Assembly (NCBI GenBank): GCA_050273025.1
Contig: CP158636.1
Coordinates: 6,324,001 to 6,388,000 of the forward strand
Source of the DNA: Cenococcum geophilum
Taxonomy: Eukaryota
Direction of reading: 5' to 3'
DNA: 64,000 nucleotides
Below, in pieces: positions 12,020 to 25,219 of this stretch; the stretch's first letter is position 1, and each line of letters opens with the position of its first letter. The notes beneath the pieces were generated by a model. It saw nothing but the letters and a program-made list of their open reading frames with translations, was not told the DNA's origin and did no database searches. Made by a program: the position numbers and the translations under genes.

Positions 12020-15000
12020 TAAATAATAATAAATTCAATTTACCGCCTGTCCCAGTCCCCCTAGTGGGTCCATACAGGCTAATACCTTCTATAGGAAAAA
12101 CTCTACTTAGAGAAAACCCGTTCGCGGGCCGCGCTAGAAAGACAACAGCATTCCGATGTCGGAGCGCCAGCTACTCGCCTTCTACCTATCTAAGAGTCTA
12201 TATAATAAGCCAACTAACCGCGCTTCGCGGACGATCTTACTCTACCCCTTCTTCCCTTATTTTTTTTGCCCTTATTTTTTTACCAGTCTTCTAAGCTTTA
12301 GAAAGGCTAATATCCACTTATATCCTTTATATCTATTACCTTTATAGCCTAGAACTAGGTTAAGGCGCCTAACTATACTAGCCATTTTACAGCCGCTTAA
12401 GCGCTCCTTTTATTACTTAAAACTTCTTAAAGGCGTTTAGAGTTGTATTTTACTATAAAGTCCGCCCTTTAGTAGTATAGGCACTAAAATAGTATATAGT
12501 GGACTGTCTACCTAATCTAGCTATATTCGCACCGCGGGAGAATTGCTAGTACTCCAATAGATATAAGCCATATATTAAGCCCTATTACCTCTATACGAAG
12601 AAGAAATAGTGCTATAGCCTCTGCTTTTGTTAGGTCTTTATATAGTGGGATTATAGGACTCCCCTAAAGGGTCCTCCACGTAGTTTCTATACGGTCTTTA
12701 GCTTTTACTTACCACCGTCAGCGCCATTCTAGGTCTACCCATTTCGCGATAAGGGTAGTTACCCGCTAGCGGTGCTAGTAACCTTCTATACGGTAGCGGC
12801 GCTCCGTCTACGCTCCGCCGGCGTTCTACTAGCTATACCTACGGGGGTTTATTACAGCTTTCCGCTTTATACAATCCTTCTAGTATATAAGGAAGCCCTA
12901 TATCTTATTCTTACGGTCCCTTATACGGTCTCTAAGCGCTTTTAATAGTGCTAATAGCCGTCTTATTTTTCGCTAGCGCTTTACTAGTATATTCTAGATA
13001 CCGTCAAGTGCCTCTACTAATTCTTTTTCTACCCTATTAAGAGCTATTTTGGCGGCTCTTTAGAGGGCTGTCGTTTTAATATAGAGCTAAATTAGGGGAA
13101 TGGCCGCTTCTTTCTCTATTACAGCTATTGGTGTTCGCTGGTATACGCCTATAACCCTATAGAGGCACTTATTCTAGATCTTCTATAGCGGTTTAATTAA
13201 GCTTTTAGCTAGCGTTCCGCCGTCGTCCCGAACTTCCCACACTTGGGCTCTATACAGTATCGCTAGTTAGACGGTGGCCGTGTATAGGAGGCGCGAGCGG
13301 CGTATTAAGGGGCCCTATATGGACGTAGTAATCCTTAATATTACTTTAAAGGCTACTAAGCCCTTACTTGCGGCCTTCTTAACCTATTCTTTCTACTAGA
13401 GCTTAGGGTCCACCTAAATCCCTAGGACTTGCATACTGGTTTTCTAGGGAGCTGTCTCGCAGCCAGCAATACGTACGGTAGACGCAAGGTCTACAGTAGC
13501 GTGGCGCTGTTGTCTTATAAAGTGCATAAGCTAGTACTTTTTAGGGGCGAACGCCGCGCCGTGTCGGTTTGCCTATGCGGCGTAGCAGTTATAAGCGGCC
13601 TCCAATTATTGGCAGTTCTCTACTACGGTATCCCCCTAAGTAATAAGGTTCGTATTGTTTACAAAGCTAAACCCTAGTGTACCGCTGTTAGGGCTCTAGA
13701 ATTCCTCTAATAGCTCTAATATAAAAAAGAGGAATAGAATTGGCAATAAGGGAGACCCCTAGGGGATGCCTGTCTGCGTCTGGATTTAATTGCTCTTATA
13801 ACCTATAAACTTAATATAGGTCTTACGTGCTATTAAGAAGCTTTATATATAGTCTATAAGCTACTTTAGAAAGCCTTTTCTTTTTAAGATATATAGAAGC
13901 CTTTTATAGGAAATATTGTTAAATGCCCCTACTAAGTCTAGGCTTAGCATTAACACCACGCATCTATAACGCGTTCGCCACGCTATCTATATATAAGAGT
14001 TAAGCAGTCCTACCGCTGATAATGTGGATTGCTTTCGCCTTGCTCCTATCTAGTTCTAAGGGAGTAGCCTATATTCTTCCGCTGCCTCTAATATAATATT
14101 AGCTACATGCTTCTCTAGGACTTTTGCTAGCGTATTTTTAAGAGTAATTAGTCTATAGCTGCCTAGGAGAGAGTAGTCTTTCTTTCCCTCTTTACGTAAA
14201 ACCACAGTTATAGATTCTTTAAGGCTTTTTGATATTATTCCGTTGGCAAAGTAATAGCTAGCTACTTCTGCTAAGTCTTTTATAATAACTAGGGCAACCA
14301 CTTTAAGAACCTTATTTGGTATACTGTCTAGCCCTAGGGCTTTTTTATTTAGAAGGCTTATAATTAGCTTACTAATTTCCTCTATTAAAATAATAGGGCT
14401 AATATTAAGCGTCCTTTGTTCCATTATTGCCTCTATCTTAGTATCTCTAGCTATAAAAATATCCGCTTTTATAGTGTTATTATTTATTAAGGGGTCTTTA
14501 ATGGACCTCCTAAGGTCTAGTAAATGGGGGTCCGCCTTTACTACGCTTACTTTTCTACTCCATTTTAATAAGATCTAGAGTCCTTTATTATGTGGTTTTA
14601 ACTAGTCCTTAGTAAGTTTATAGATAAAGCGCCTTTAGTTATCTTAACTAACTTTCCTAGTCTCTTTCTGGAGCTAGTTGCTTAGTACTAAGTATCTTTA
14701 GAGGTCCTAGGGGTTATTATAGGCCTAGTACTATTGTTGCGCCTAGTAGGCGCTAGCGTGGAGCTATATAGCGTATAGCGACTATTCTTAACGGGCTTGC
14801 TAGCTAGGCCGTACTTATAGGTAATATTTTCTAAGTGCTTACTTAATCCCTTCTTAGAGGGCATAGAGTGGGTTTTTAGACGTAGCCTAGTTAAGCTGCT
14901 AGATACTTTAGAGGAGGCCTTATAAGTCTAGCTTCTTAAGGGTAAGGCGCTAGCGTTCTGCTAGTAAATAGCCAGCGTTATTAATTTAGATGCGGATAGG

Positions 15001-17265
15001 TATATGGTTTTTTATAAGGGCCTATTCTTTAACTATACTATAGAAGTTAACTTATCTGTATAGATCTGGTAATATAAACGTAAGGTCAATTACACTCTCC
15101 TATTATCCTCTTTTCTATATAGGCTCTCTTTTTAGTGTCGTAAGTATAAGACCTCTAGCATCTATTTTAGCCAGGAGGCATTCCGCCTACTCTTCGCTGG
15201 CTATATATACTCCGCCCTATATTAGGTAGTGGACGTTAAAGTTACCTAGAAGTATAACTTCTCCCTTAGCTTCCTTAATAGCTATTTTAACCTTAGGCCA
15301 TACCCTAATCTAGGGGCTACCTCCGTATAGGTTATATACGTTAATAATTATAACCTCTAGCCCCTTTAGGCGTAGCTAGAGAGCTATAGTAAATAGGCCG
15401 TACTGTCTACGTTTCTAATACGCGGTATTAATATTCTGGCTAATTATAAAGCAGACCTTTATTATAGGGAGGGCGTTATATATAAGTGTAAATCCCCTAG
15501 GGCAGTATATTAATTTAGTATACTTATTATATACCGGCTCTTAGACTGCAAGGACCTAGTAGTCCGCTAGCGTAACGCTGTTAAAAAAGGGGCGATATAC
15601 CCCTTAGTTTGCATTTCCGTAATTATACTAGATAATTATATACCTACTTATTTAGAGTGGGTATAGGCTCGTCTATATCTATATCTTATTCCTTATCATT
15701 TTTGCTAGTTACTATTATTACTTAGTTGGCGCGAAGCTAGAGCCTTACTTACAATCTATCTCTACTTACTATTTTAATAAAGGATGGTTTACCTAGTCCC
15801 CGTTTAAGTGGTTGTTCTTAAATCCCTAGGTAGGATAGTTCTTAACCTCTCTTTTTATTAGTAATAATTATAAAGTTACCTGGTATTAGAGGTTAGTATA
15901 GTATTACTTCTATAGCTTCTTATATACGGAGCGATTGCGTTAAAAGGGCCATTCTTTTTATTTAGATGCCCTTAAGGTAGCTCTAGAAGGTCCTATACTC
16001 CTTTTTTTGCTATACCTTATAGGCTTTACCGCAGTTAATATAGGATACTCTCTCCTTAGGGTAATCTGTTGTGCTATGTAGTCCTATATATTGCCTATAT
16101 TTTATTTACTTTCCATATACGCTTTATATATATCCCTACTAGTTATAGCAATAATATTACTTTATAATTAGGCTATTCTTAAATAGCCTAGTCTTAAATA
16201 GCTGGGATTTAATAACTATCCCGCTTTTTATAATCTTTTATTAAATTGCCTAAGTTAGGACGCTAATTATAAGTGTTTTTTTAGTTTTCTTGGGTTCTCT
16301 CTAGGCGCTGCTAGGGTTTACCTAGCATTTCGCCTACGCTTTAGGGTTATATAGCTATCAGATCTAGTTAAGAGCAACCCTAGGCATAAGGCGTTTTATA
16401 GCTTTATAAATGGATTAGATTAATTCTAAATTATCTATATTTCTTTTGCTATTAATTAAGGTCTTAAGCGGGACCCTAGGTACTTCTAGGAGGTAGTCTT
16501 TCCTTAGTATCTTAAGTCCTAGCGCGTCCGGTCCGTTTAGGATTTAGTTCTTTATTATTTAGAAGGGAATATAGACGTCTACATCCCCACTGTTAAGGGT
16601 GCGTATAGCGTATATACTTAGTATTAACCTCTAGATGGTCTTAAGGAGCTCCCTTAGTTTGTAGCCCTAGGGCTCCTTAAGCCTAACATGTATGGTTACT
16701 CTCTATAGTGCCGCGACTGTGTTTACTATATAGGCCGCCTGCGCGGCAACTACTGCCTAGGTCTAGCCCTGTACTAGGGGAACTTTTAGACCTAGGGGTC
16801 CTTCTTTACGCGTTTCCTTTTAAATTTCCTTAATGCTAGCTTTAATCCAATTAAGCTAGGCCTTAGTCTCCCTTTCCTAGGTTGTTTAGGGGGCTAGACG
16901 CGTTAAGAGGGCTTTAACGTGTTATATAACCTCTTAAACAGCGGTAAATATCTAGTATTGTGGAGTTTCTTCCTCCTCTTTTATAAGATCGTTTTTAATT
17001 TGTCTAAGTATTTCCTTTAGTTTTTGCCATTGCTAGTTAGGCTAGCAGCTATTCTTTTCGCGTTATTACCCACCTAGTTCATAGTTCAGCTCCCTTGCGT
17101 TGCGATTCTTGCGACTTTAGCAGGAAGCTTATGCCCCGCCGTCGTCCCCCATGCCTTATAGATGGGGGCGACGTGGTTTTATGGGGTCTCTTAGTATAGG
17201 GAGTAGGGTTCTGATATCAGATCGTTTTATTAAGTCGTTTTTGGGCTAGTTTCGCTACTGTTGCG
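12020..17265 (-). mobile_element. Near full-length Tad1-like LINE (ORF1 ~17150-15660; ORF2 APE-RT-zinc knuckle ~15650-12250), RIP-degenerate
   Basis: APE 'II*YNYGNAN' and 'LAV*EP' (~15535-15640). RT 'SYRLITLKNTLAKVLEK' (ORF 14056-14424), 'LDLVGAFNNI', 'GIP*GSPLLPILFLFY' and 'FVNNTN' (from FVDD). C-terminal 'RCEY...TVHYILF*C'. ORF1 has Cys/His knuckle remnants at ~15970-16150. Ends approximate; no TSD found. Confidence 0.88.
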
Positions 17266-17269
17266 GCTT

Positions 17270-20200
17270 TATAGAGCTATCCCTAAAGAATATTATAATC
17301 TCATTAATACGTTTAAGAAATAATTTGTAAACTAACTACCCCTATATTAAGATAAGTATAATTTTAAGATAGAACTTAAACCTAGTATAACGCTAAAGTT
17401 CGGCCCGTTATACGGTATATTATAAGAAGAGCTGCTTATAATATAATAATACCTTAAAGAACACCTAAAGAAAGGATTTATTCGCCCTAGTTAATTACTA
17501 TTTACCTTACCTATACTATTTATTAAGAAACCTAGAGGAGGCTTAAGGTTCTATATTAATTATTAAGCCCTAAATATAATTATAATTTAAAACCAATATC
17601 TAATTCCTTTGCTTTAAGAAACGCTTAATTACTTAGTAAAAGTATGATACTTTACGAAGCTTAATATAGTCGCTACCTTTAATTAAATCCGTGTTTGTAA
17701 AGGAGATAAGAAGTATATAGCCTTCCGTATATAATAGGGACTTTTTAAATACCTAGTAATGCTATTTAGTATAAAAAACGGTCTAAATATGTTTTAATAA
17801 TACGTTAACGATACGCTTCGCGAATTCCTTAATATATTTGTTACCGCGTATATTAATAATATCTTAATCTATTTATCTTTACTTTCTAAGCATTAGAAGT
17901 ACGTCTAAATAGTCCTTAAACGCCTACGAGACGCGGGCTTATAATATAATATTAAGAAATACAAGTTCCACGCGTCTAAAGTTATATACTTAAGCCTAAT
18001 TATATCCCGTAACGGAATTAAAATAAACCCTAAGAAAATCGCTATAATAGTAAACTAGGAAAGTCCTAGTAGTATATAAGACATCTAAGGATTTCTATTA
18101 TTAATTTATTAATTACTTCTTAAAAATTGTTTAGCTATTAGTAAACTTAATAAGAAAGAATATAAGATTTAAATAAACTACTAAATGCGAACAAGCTTTT
18201 AACGACCTAAAATATTATTTTACAACTACTTTAATTCTTACCCACTTTAATCCGGACCTTAAATATATTATTAAAATAGACTCGTCTAATTATATACTAG
18301 GAGAAGTGTTATCATAATATAATAAAAACGGCGAGCTATACCTAGTAGCCTTTTTTTCCCTAAAAACTTACCTCTACTAAATTAAACTATAAGATTTATA
18401 ATAAGGAACTACTTACAATTATTAGATATTTTAAACAATAGCGTTTAGAACTTAAAGGATTGTTGTTTTTAATACGCGTATTAACGGACTATAAAAACCT
18501 ATAGTACTTTATAACTATAAAGCAATTAATATAACGCCAAATTTGTTAGGCCGAATACCTCTTATAATTTGACTTTAAGATTATATACCGACCTAGTAAA
18601 CTTAATTAGAAGCCTAAATTTTTAATATAATAATTATAGAACTTATTTACTAACGCCTCTAATAAACGGATTATAAATTAATTATAAATTCTACCCCCCC
18701 CCTAAATACTTTAAGAAACTACGGCCTATATTCTTAGACACGGAGCTTAATAGGAATAAATTAGAAATTAATAAGTGGGGCATAAAAATTAATAAATTAA
18801 TAGAGCACGAATATAAAAATAACCCCTAAATAGTAGATATAATAAAAGTAATTTAAACAGGGAAACGGCAATATAAGGATATTATACTTGCCAAATACGA
18901 AATCCGTAATAATTGGTTGTACTATTAATAGAAAATAGTAATACTAAATTCCGAACCCTTATAATTTAAGATACTTAAATTTATATATAATTTCCCTATA
19001 GTAGGGCATCCTAGCCGTATAAAGACCTATAAGATTATCTAATAAGTATATTACTGGCCTATAATATATAACTATATACGAAAATACGTTTAAGCATATA
19101 GAATATACGTATGTGAGAAGACCTCTTATAAAGAAGTAAGGAGTACTTTAACTATTGCTAATTCTAATATAAAGATAGCGAGATATTTTAATCGACTTTA
19201 TAGTTAACCTGCCTAATAGTAATGGGTTTATAAATATTATAGTAGTTATTAACCGTCTTATAAAAATGCAATATATAATTTCTATGGACTTAATTAATAC
19301 AATATTAGTAGCTGAATATTTTATTAAATACGTCTTTAAGCTATATAGACTTCCTAATTTAATAATATCTAACTACAGAAGCCAGTTCGTTTTAGACTTC
19401 TAGTAAGCCCTATATAAATAATTAAGTATATAAATATAACTTTTAACTGTATTTTATCTGGAGATAGATGGTTAAACTAAAATTATAAACGTGATTATAA
19501 AATAATACTTATAAATATACTACTCCTACCTACAAGACGACTGGGAAAAGTAGCTACCTTTAGCTAAGTTTACTGCGAATAATATAAGAAATAAATTAAT
19601 AGGCGTAACGCCGTTCTACGCAACCTACGGATAAAACCCTTAACTTAAATTTAAACTATAACCTAAAACCAATACAACAGGACCTACGATTAAGAGGATT
19701 TAACTAATTAATGCGTATAACTTCGCTAATTAAATAAAGCAGTTAACGGAACTATTATAAAGTAAATTAGCGTATGCTTAAACGGTATAGGAATAGTATA
19801 TAAATAAAGGATAAGCTCCCGCGTGGGACTTTAAGAAAGGTAATATAGTTTACCTAAATATATAAAACCTAAAGACTTAACGACCTTTAAAGAAACTTAA
19901 TTGGAAGTTTATAGGCCTATACTAAATTAAAAAGAGACTAAGCCTATATACTTATAAGCTTAAACTACTAACTAAGATAAAAATACATCTAACGTTTTAT
20001 ATAAGCTTATTATAACCTTTAAAGGGTAAACCCATAACTTACGAAGTGCCGCCGCTACCTCCTATAATTGTTAATAACGGTAACAGTTTTTACTTTATTA
20101 ACTTAATTAACAATATACAATAGAAGATATAATTTAAACAATTTAAACTTTTTATTAAGTGGGAAGGATATAAAATATAAACTTAGGAAACCTATAATTA

Positions 20201-20350
20201 GATTAAAACCAACGCGCCTTCCCTAGTAAAAGAATTCCATAAAGACTATCCTTCGCGGCCTACTCTAGCTAGATGGATATAATATAAAGGTAAATAACTA
20301 CTACCCAACATAAATATACGAAACACAATAGCAGGAAGCTTAAAATTAAA
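17270..20350 (+). pseudogene. Gypsy pol (RT, RNase H, integrase, chromodomain), RIP-degenerate
   Basis: 'FIKKPRGGLRFYINY*ALN', 'GLFKYLVMLFS', 'TAYINNILIY', 'YNKELLTII', 'GHPSRIKT', 'YLEIDG*TKIIN', and chromodomain-like 'FIKWEGY' at ~20150-20170. Confidence 0.9.
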
Positions 20351-20504
20351 AAGAACTTAAAATACGTTATAACGTTTATAATATAATTACGTAACACGTA
20401 AGATGTTAAAGAACTTTAACCGCCGGTTAAAGTTGTTTAATTAGTTAGATCTGCCTTGCTAAGACCTACTATAAAGATATTAGTTCTGCTTACCGCCTTA
20501 ACTA

Positions 20505-20550
20505 AGCTAATAGCAATTTTCTATCCCGGGGATGGAAAATCCTAATTGGC
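20505..20550. repeat. Second copy of the near-palindrome, in the Gypsy 3' UTR
   Basis: agctaatagcaattttctatcccggggatggaaaatcctaattggc. Confidence 0.85.
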
Positions 20551-20672
20551 CCATTTAACAATAGAATTAGTAAAACTCTATACCGCTACCTAACGCAACT
20601 ATATAAACATAATAAGTAATAAGTCTTAACTAAATTGAATTATTTTAAACCTTTGGCTAAAAGGGGGGGTAC

Positions 20673-21016
20673 TATAACGGGACTAGCCCAGTTATAGTAG
20701 GAACGTCTTAATAAAACACTTAATAGATAAATTCCGATACTTTGTCCAAATTCTACTAAATTCTGCTAGCTTAATTAACTTCTACCAAGTTCTGCCAGAT
20801 CTATTAAATTTTACTAAAGTCTGTTAAAGACCGCGTGTGTATATACGCACGCATTAACCACCAAGCCCCTAACTATTTAATTATATAATTCTCTCGTTAT
20901 TCCTTTCTCTTCTTTACGTAACGTCTTGTTCTTAGCGAGAGCTATATACCCTTAGATTTAGATAGAATTTATATTATTTCTTTAAATCTTCCCCAAAGTC
21001 TCTTCGCGCCTTTACA
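20673..21016 (+). repeat. Gypsy 3' LTR (344 bp)
   Basis: Preceded by the PPT, ends ...TTTACA, followed by TSD CCTCT. Confidence 0.93.
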
Positions 21017-21021
21017 CCTCT

Positions 21022-24000
21022 ATAAAGGTATTATCTGCAAGGAACAGCGTATTATTAGTCTATAGGCCGACAATTCCAAAAGGTTTGTTGCTATAAAGTA
21101 AGCAAGGGTCGTACGTGGATTGGTCTATTTGTAGCTAATTAACGTAGTATAAATGGTAGGTCTTAAACTAGTAGTTTTTAGCTTTAGGTACTTTATAAAG
21201 TGGCTTTATAACCTTTAGAATAGAGTCCTTATTAATTCCTAATCATTTATTTAGCTTATATAGTGGTTATATATAGAACTCGCGTTTTAGGTTCGTAGTA
21301 GACTAGATATAGGCTTATAAGATATCTTAGAGGTAAAGTTATATCTACGGTAGCATAGCAGTAATATAGAGAATTAGCCGCTGGCTAACTTGTTAAATTA
21401 TTAGTAACTAAGTAAGGACTAGCTCTTTTTCTAAATCATTATAGGCCTATACAATAAGTTATAATTTCTTAAAGGCTTTATCTGTTCCCTTATTCTTAAT
21501 CTTATTAATAAACCGTAAATTAAAGAGTCTAAGCCCCTTTAGTATATTATATAGCTTAATAATCTTAAAGACTCCTTTTTTAAGTAGGCCTATAACCTCC
21601 TTTTGCCGTAAAGCGCTAAACTAGGTATTACCATCGTTCTATAAGTAAATAGTAGTGTTAGCCATATTTACGGTATTATCATCCTGCAAGTAGATAGCGA
21701 TATTAGCTATATCTACAATATTACCTATAAGGGCACCTATATCTATTATAGCGTCCGTAACAGCCGTGTCTATAACGGCCGTAAATAATAGGTATTTGCG
21801 GGGGCGACATCTGCCTCACTTTGGCGGTAGCTATAGTTTAGCTTTAGGTAATAATTAAGGTTTAGCTAGTAAAGGTACTAGTTTAGCTAATTTAACAAAC
21901 TCTCGTAGTTTAACTAAGTCTTATAGGTCTAATAGGTAAGATTTTACAACCGTAGAGCGGAAGGTTATAGGCCTATTTAGTAGCTTTACGGTATAGGTCT
22001 TACCGTTAATAGCAAGCAGTATATATAGCCTATCCTAATAACCACTTTAGCTAGTATTGCCTTCTCTCCAGAATAAGATAGGCGAGCTAGGTAGGAGTCT
22101 ATAAATAGCGTTAGTTTGTTATCCATTTCGCATATTAAAAGTGTTAGCAATCTATTATTTAGCTTATAGCTTCTAGATTTCCACTATTACTTTCTTAATA
22201 GCCGCGGCTCGATATATAACTAAAGGTAATAGCGCGTCCAATTTAACCATTTAGGGGTAAGCTCTAAAGACTAGGAGTATAGGGACTAGGCCTTCTGGGC
22301 CAGCTATATTATTAATAGCTTTAAAAGCCATTTATAGGGCTATCTCCTTACTAATTTTAGGGATTTTAGTTATAATGATTTGGTAGGCTCGTCGTAGCGG
22401 ACTATAGTAGCGCTCTACCATTCTAATAGAGTTGTGTAATTCGACTAGAACTAGCTTTATAGTTACTCCTATAGTAGCGGCGTAGTGCTTAAACTCCTTA
22501 CTAATAAAGTTCTTCTTAGCGTCTATAGTGATTAAGTCTAGTAGTCCTAAATAGCTATTAATCTAGTATATTCGTAGAACGTCCTAAGTATACTTAGCGC
22601 TGATATCTCGTAGCTATCTACTAGTTTAAAATTAAGTTGCTTCGTCGACTACGTATAGTAGAGGGGAGCCGCTAATATACATAATGTCAACAATAATATT
22701 ATAATTAAAATTAACGTCGTCTCGTAAGGTAAAGCGAAATCTACTTAGAAATCTACTAAACTTCTAGCAGTAGTGGCAGAGTCTAGTTAGCTCTTTAATA
22801 GCAGATCTATTAGTATTATAGCCGTAGCCAGTCTTATTAAAAAGCTTTTATAGTCTATTAACTAACGGGTAACTAAATCGACGGTATAGACGTCGTAGCT
22901 CTACATTAGTTAAGTAGTAAGGGTTTGCCTTAAAAGACTTAACTAAATAGGACTATAAAGAGAAGCTCTATACAAGAAACGGGTAGCCAAATCGTCTAAC
23001 TACTGGCACCTTTTTAGTGCGAGTAATAATGACGTCCTTTAGGTTATCGTATTTAATATAAAGTCTATCTATATCTGCTAAGCAAAGTAGGAAAGAAGTA
23101 TCTGCTTTAATAATATGGAATTATACCTTACCTATAGGGCTGTTAACGTCTATAGTTCTAATAGACGTAAAGGCTCTAATTCTAAATTAGATAGTTACTT
23201 AGCCCTTAGTTAACGTGTTAAGACTTACAGACTTGTCTACGGCCTATAGGGCTTAAAATTGGCCGTAGCCAGCCGTAGACTTACGCGAAGCACCTATATC
23301 GATTATAATTCCTATAAAGACCGTTAAGGTATATCGTGACGCTATAGTTATGGCCGTATTATAGGCGAATAGGTTAGTCTCTATATAGGGTTCTGTGGCA
23401 GACTCCGTAGTAAGTTCTAAAGCCATAAGCAGATATATATAAGCCTTATTAGCTAGCTCTACGCTTATAAAGGTTGCTTCCTCTATAATAAGTGTTCTAA
23501 AGGTGGTAATATAGGCAGAACTATTATTAGGTTCTCCGGCATCGCTCCTAGAGTCATTAGCGTCTTATATATAGGCTTTAAAGTCTAAATCTTTATCTTT
23601 ATCTCTTTCGCAAGCAGCGACGTATTACTTAAAGTAGTTATTAAAGTTACCCTTATTACGGCCCTTAATATTAATAAAGCGTCTCCTATAGTCGTCTCTA
23701 GACCAACTACGCTCCTCTTCTATATATTTCTAAAAACAGCAGTTCTCCTTCTTACAGACGTAATACTTAGCCTTTAGTCTGCTATTAGTTCTATAAGAGC
23801 GATTGCTGCCATAGCGATTAGTATTTTAGTCTTAACTCTAGTCGTTCTAATAGTAGCGTTAATCTATAAAAAAAAAGCTTAGTAAGATAGTCTTATTAAG
23901 GCCTATAAGGGGTGTTCTTTTTCCTATACGATAATAGAGGATTATAGCTTACTAATTAACTAAGAAAGGTCTTCTAAAGGGTTAGAGACAGCGATACGGC

Positions 24001-24138
24001 ATACTAGCACTCCCTAGTAAGTAGTAACTAATTTATTTATAAGAATGCGGTTTATACGGAAGTCTAGGTATAGTCTATAACGTTACTTTAGCAGTTTATC
24101 TATATGTAGTTAGAAGTTCTAATAGATTAACTTATTAG
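21022..24138 (-). pseudogene. Copia polyprotein middle part (gag C-terminus, protease, integrase, RT N-terminus), RIP-degenerate
   Basis: 'NKLVTTY*GVLVCR' (gag), 'IIIDIGASR' (protease DTGA), 'LRRLYRRFSYP' (pre-integrase HRRFGHP), 'SIRMVERYYSPLRRAY' (integrase), and 'KPLYRIPEAGNHW'-like and 'DDT' RT motifs at ~21030-21320. Confidence 0.9.
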
Positions 24139-24285
24139 CATTAGGATTTTTTTTTTGGCCATGTTATTGCAAGCGAAAATCGGGGTCTGCAAAACCTGCG
24201 TAAGTCGCAATTTTGGCAATTTGCTACAAATACACAACCCTAATTTTCGGCCGCAACAACGTGGCTAAAAAAAAATTTCCTAATG
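24139..24285. repeat. Left TIR with an inverted internal copy (~147-bp hairpin)
   Basis: cattaggattttttttttggccatgttattgc (24139-24170) pairs with gcaacaacgtggctaaaaaaaaatttcctaatg (24253-24285). Confidence 0.85.
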
Positions 24286-24319
24286 CATAGGAAGTGTAAC
24301 CGTAGGGGCAGGCTAGTAG

Positions 24320-25200
24320 ACCTCTTTTATTAAATACGAAATTGCCGCATATTAATAGGCATACTCCTAGTTCTTTAAGCGGCAAGTTAGCAGACTTCTA
24401 TTATTAAGCATAAAATTGCCGTATATTGCCTAGCATATTGCCCAGTTCCTTAAGCGGCAAGTTAGTATAGTCTAGTTATTAGGCATAAAACTGCCGCATA
24501 TTACCTAGTACATCGCCTAGTTCCTTAAGCCGTAAGCTAGTAAACTTCTATTACTAAGCGCGAAACTACTATATATTACCTAGCATATTGCCTAGTTCTT
24601 TAAGCAGTAAGCTAGCAGACTTCCACTACTAAGCATGAAGTTGCCGTATATTACTAGGCATATTACCTAATTCTTTAAATTATAAGCTAGCAGGCGTCGC
24701 CCATTAGTAGAGTATTTTAATATATTAGCTCGCATATTGCCTGGTTCCTATATCATAAGCTAATAGACTTGTTATATTAATAGAGCACCACAATATATCG
24801 CCTGGCGCATTACTTAGGTCCTTAAATAGCAAGCTAGCAGTTATCGCTTATTACTAAAGCACTACGATATATCTAGTCGCTTATTGCCCAGTTTCTTAAA
24901 TAGCAAGATAATAAACTTCTCTTATTAATACAAGAATTGCGGTATATTACTAATATATTGCCCTATTCTATAAAAAACAACCTAATATACCTTCTATTAA
25001 CCGTAAAAATGCAGTATATTACTAAAAAACATTACTTACTCTATTAAAAAAAACCTCTAGTATATACCTTCTATTAGCTATAAGACTGTAGTATATTACC
25101 TACTATATTACCCAATTCTTAAAATAATAGCCTAGTATACTTCTTCTACCAGATAAGACTTTGCGGCAAATTGCCTAGTATATTACTTAATTCTGCGCTA
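24320..25200. repeat. Tandem array of ~75-bp units (~12 copies), subterminal
   Basis: ttgccgcatattgcc...agttccttaagcggcaagctagcagacttc recurs at 24342, 24416, 24491, 24566, 24641 and onward, diverging rightwards. Confidence 0.9.
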
Positions 25201-25219
25201 AAATATTAAAAATACCTTG

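Larger units (their letters stand above)
11435..21016 (+). mobile_element. Ty3/Gypsy chromovirus-type LTR retrotransposon nested in the Copia RT; most of gag and the protease are missing
   Basis: 344-bp LTRs at 11435-11778 and 20673-21016, 5-bp TSD CCTCT (11430-11434 / 21017-21021), and polypurine tract aagggggggtac at 20661-20672. Confidence 0.93.

Noticed and set aside
12064..13677. Plus-strand ORFs 12064-12294, 12156-12347 and 13429-13677
   Set aside because: Antisense to the LINE ORF2 and 3' UTR; chance open frames.
24320..25200. CRISPR-like appearance of the regular 75-bp arrays (also 31700-32660)
   Set aside because: Whole units are homologous, with no unique spacers and no cas genes, and the context is fungal.
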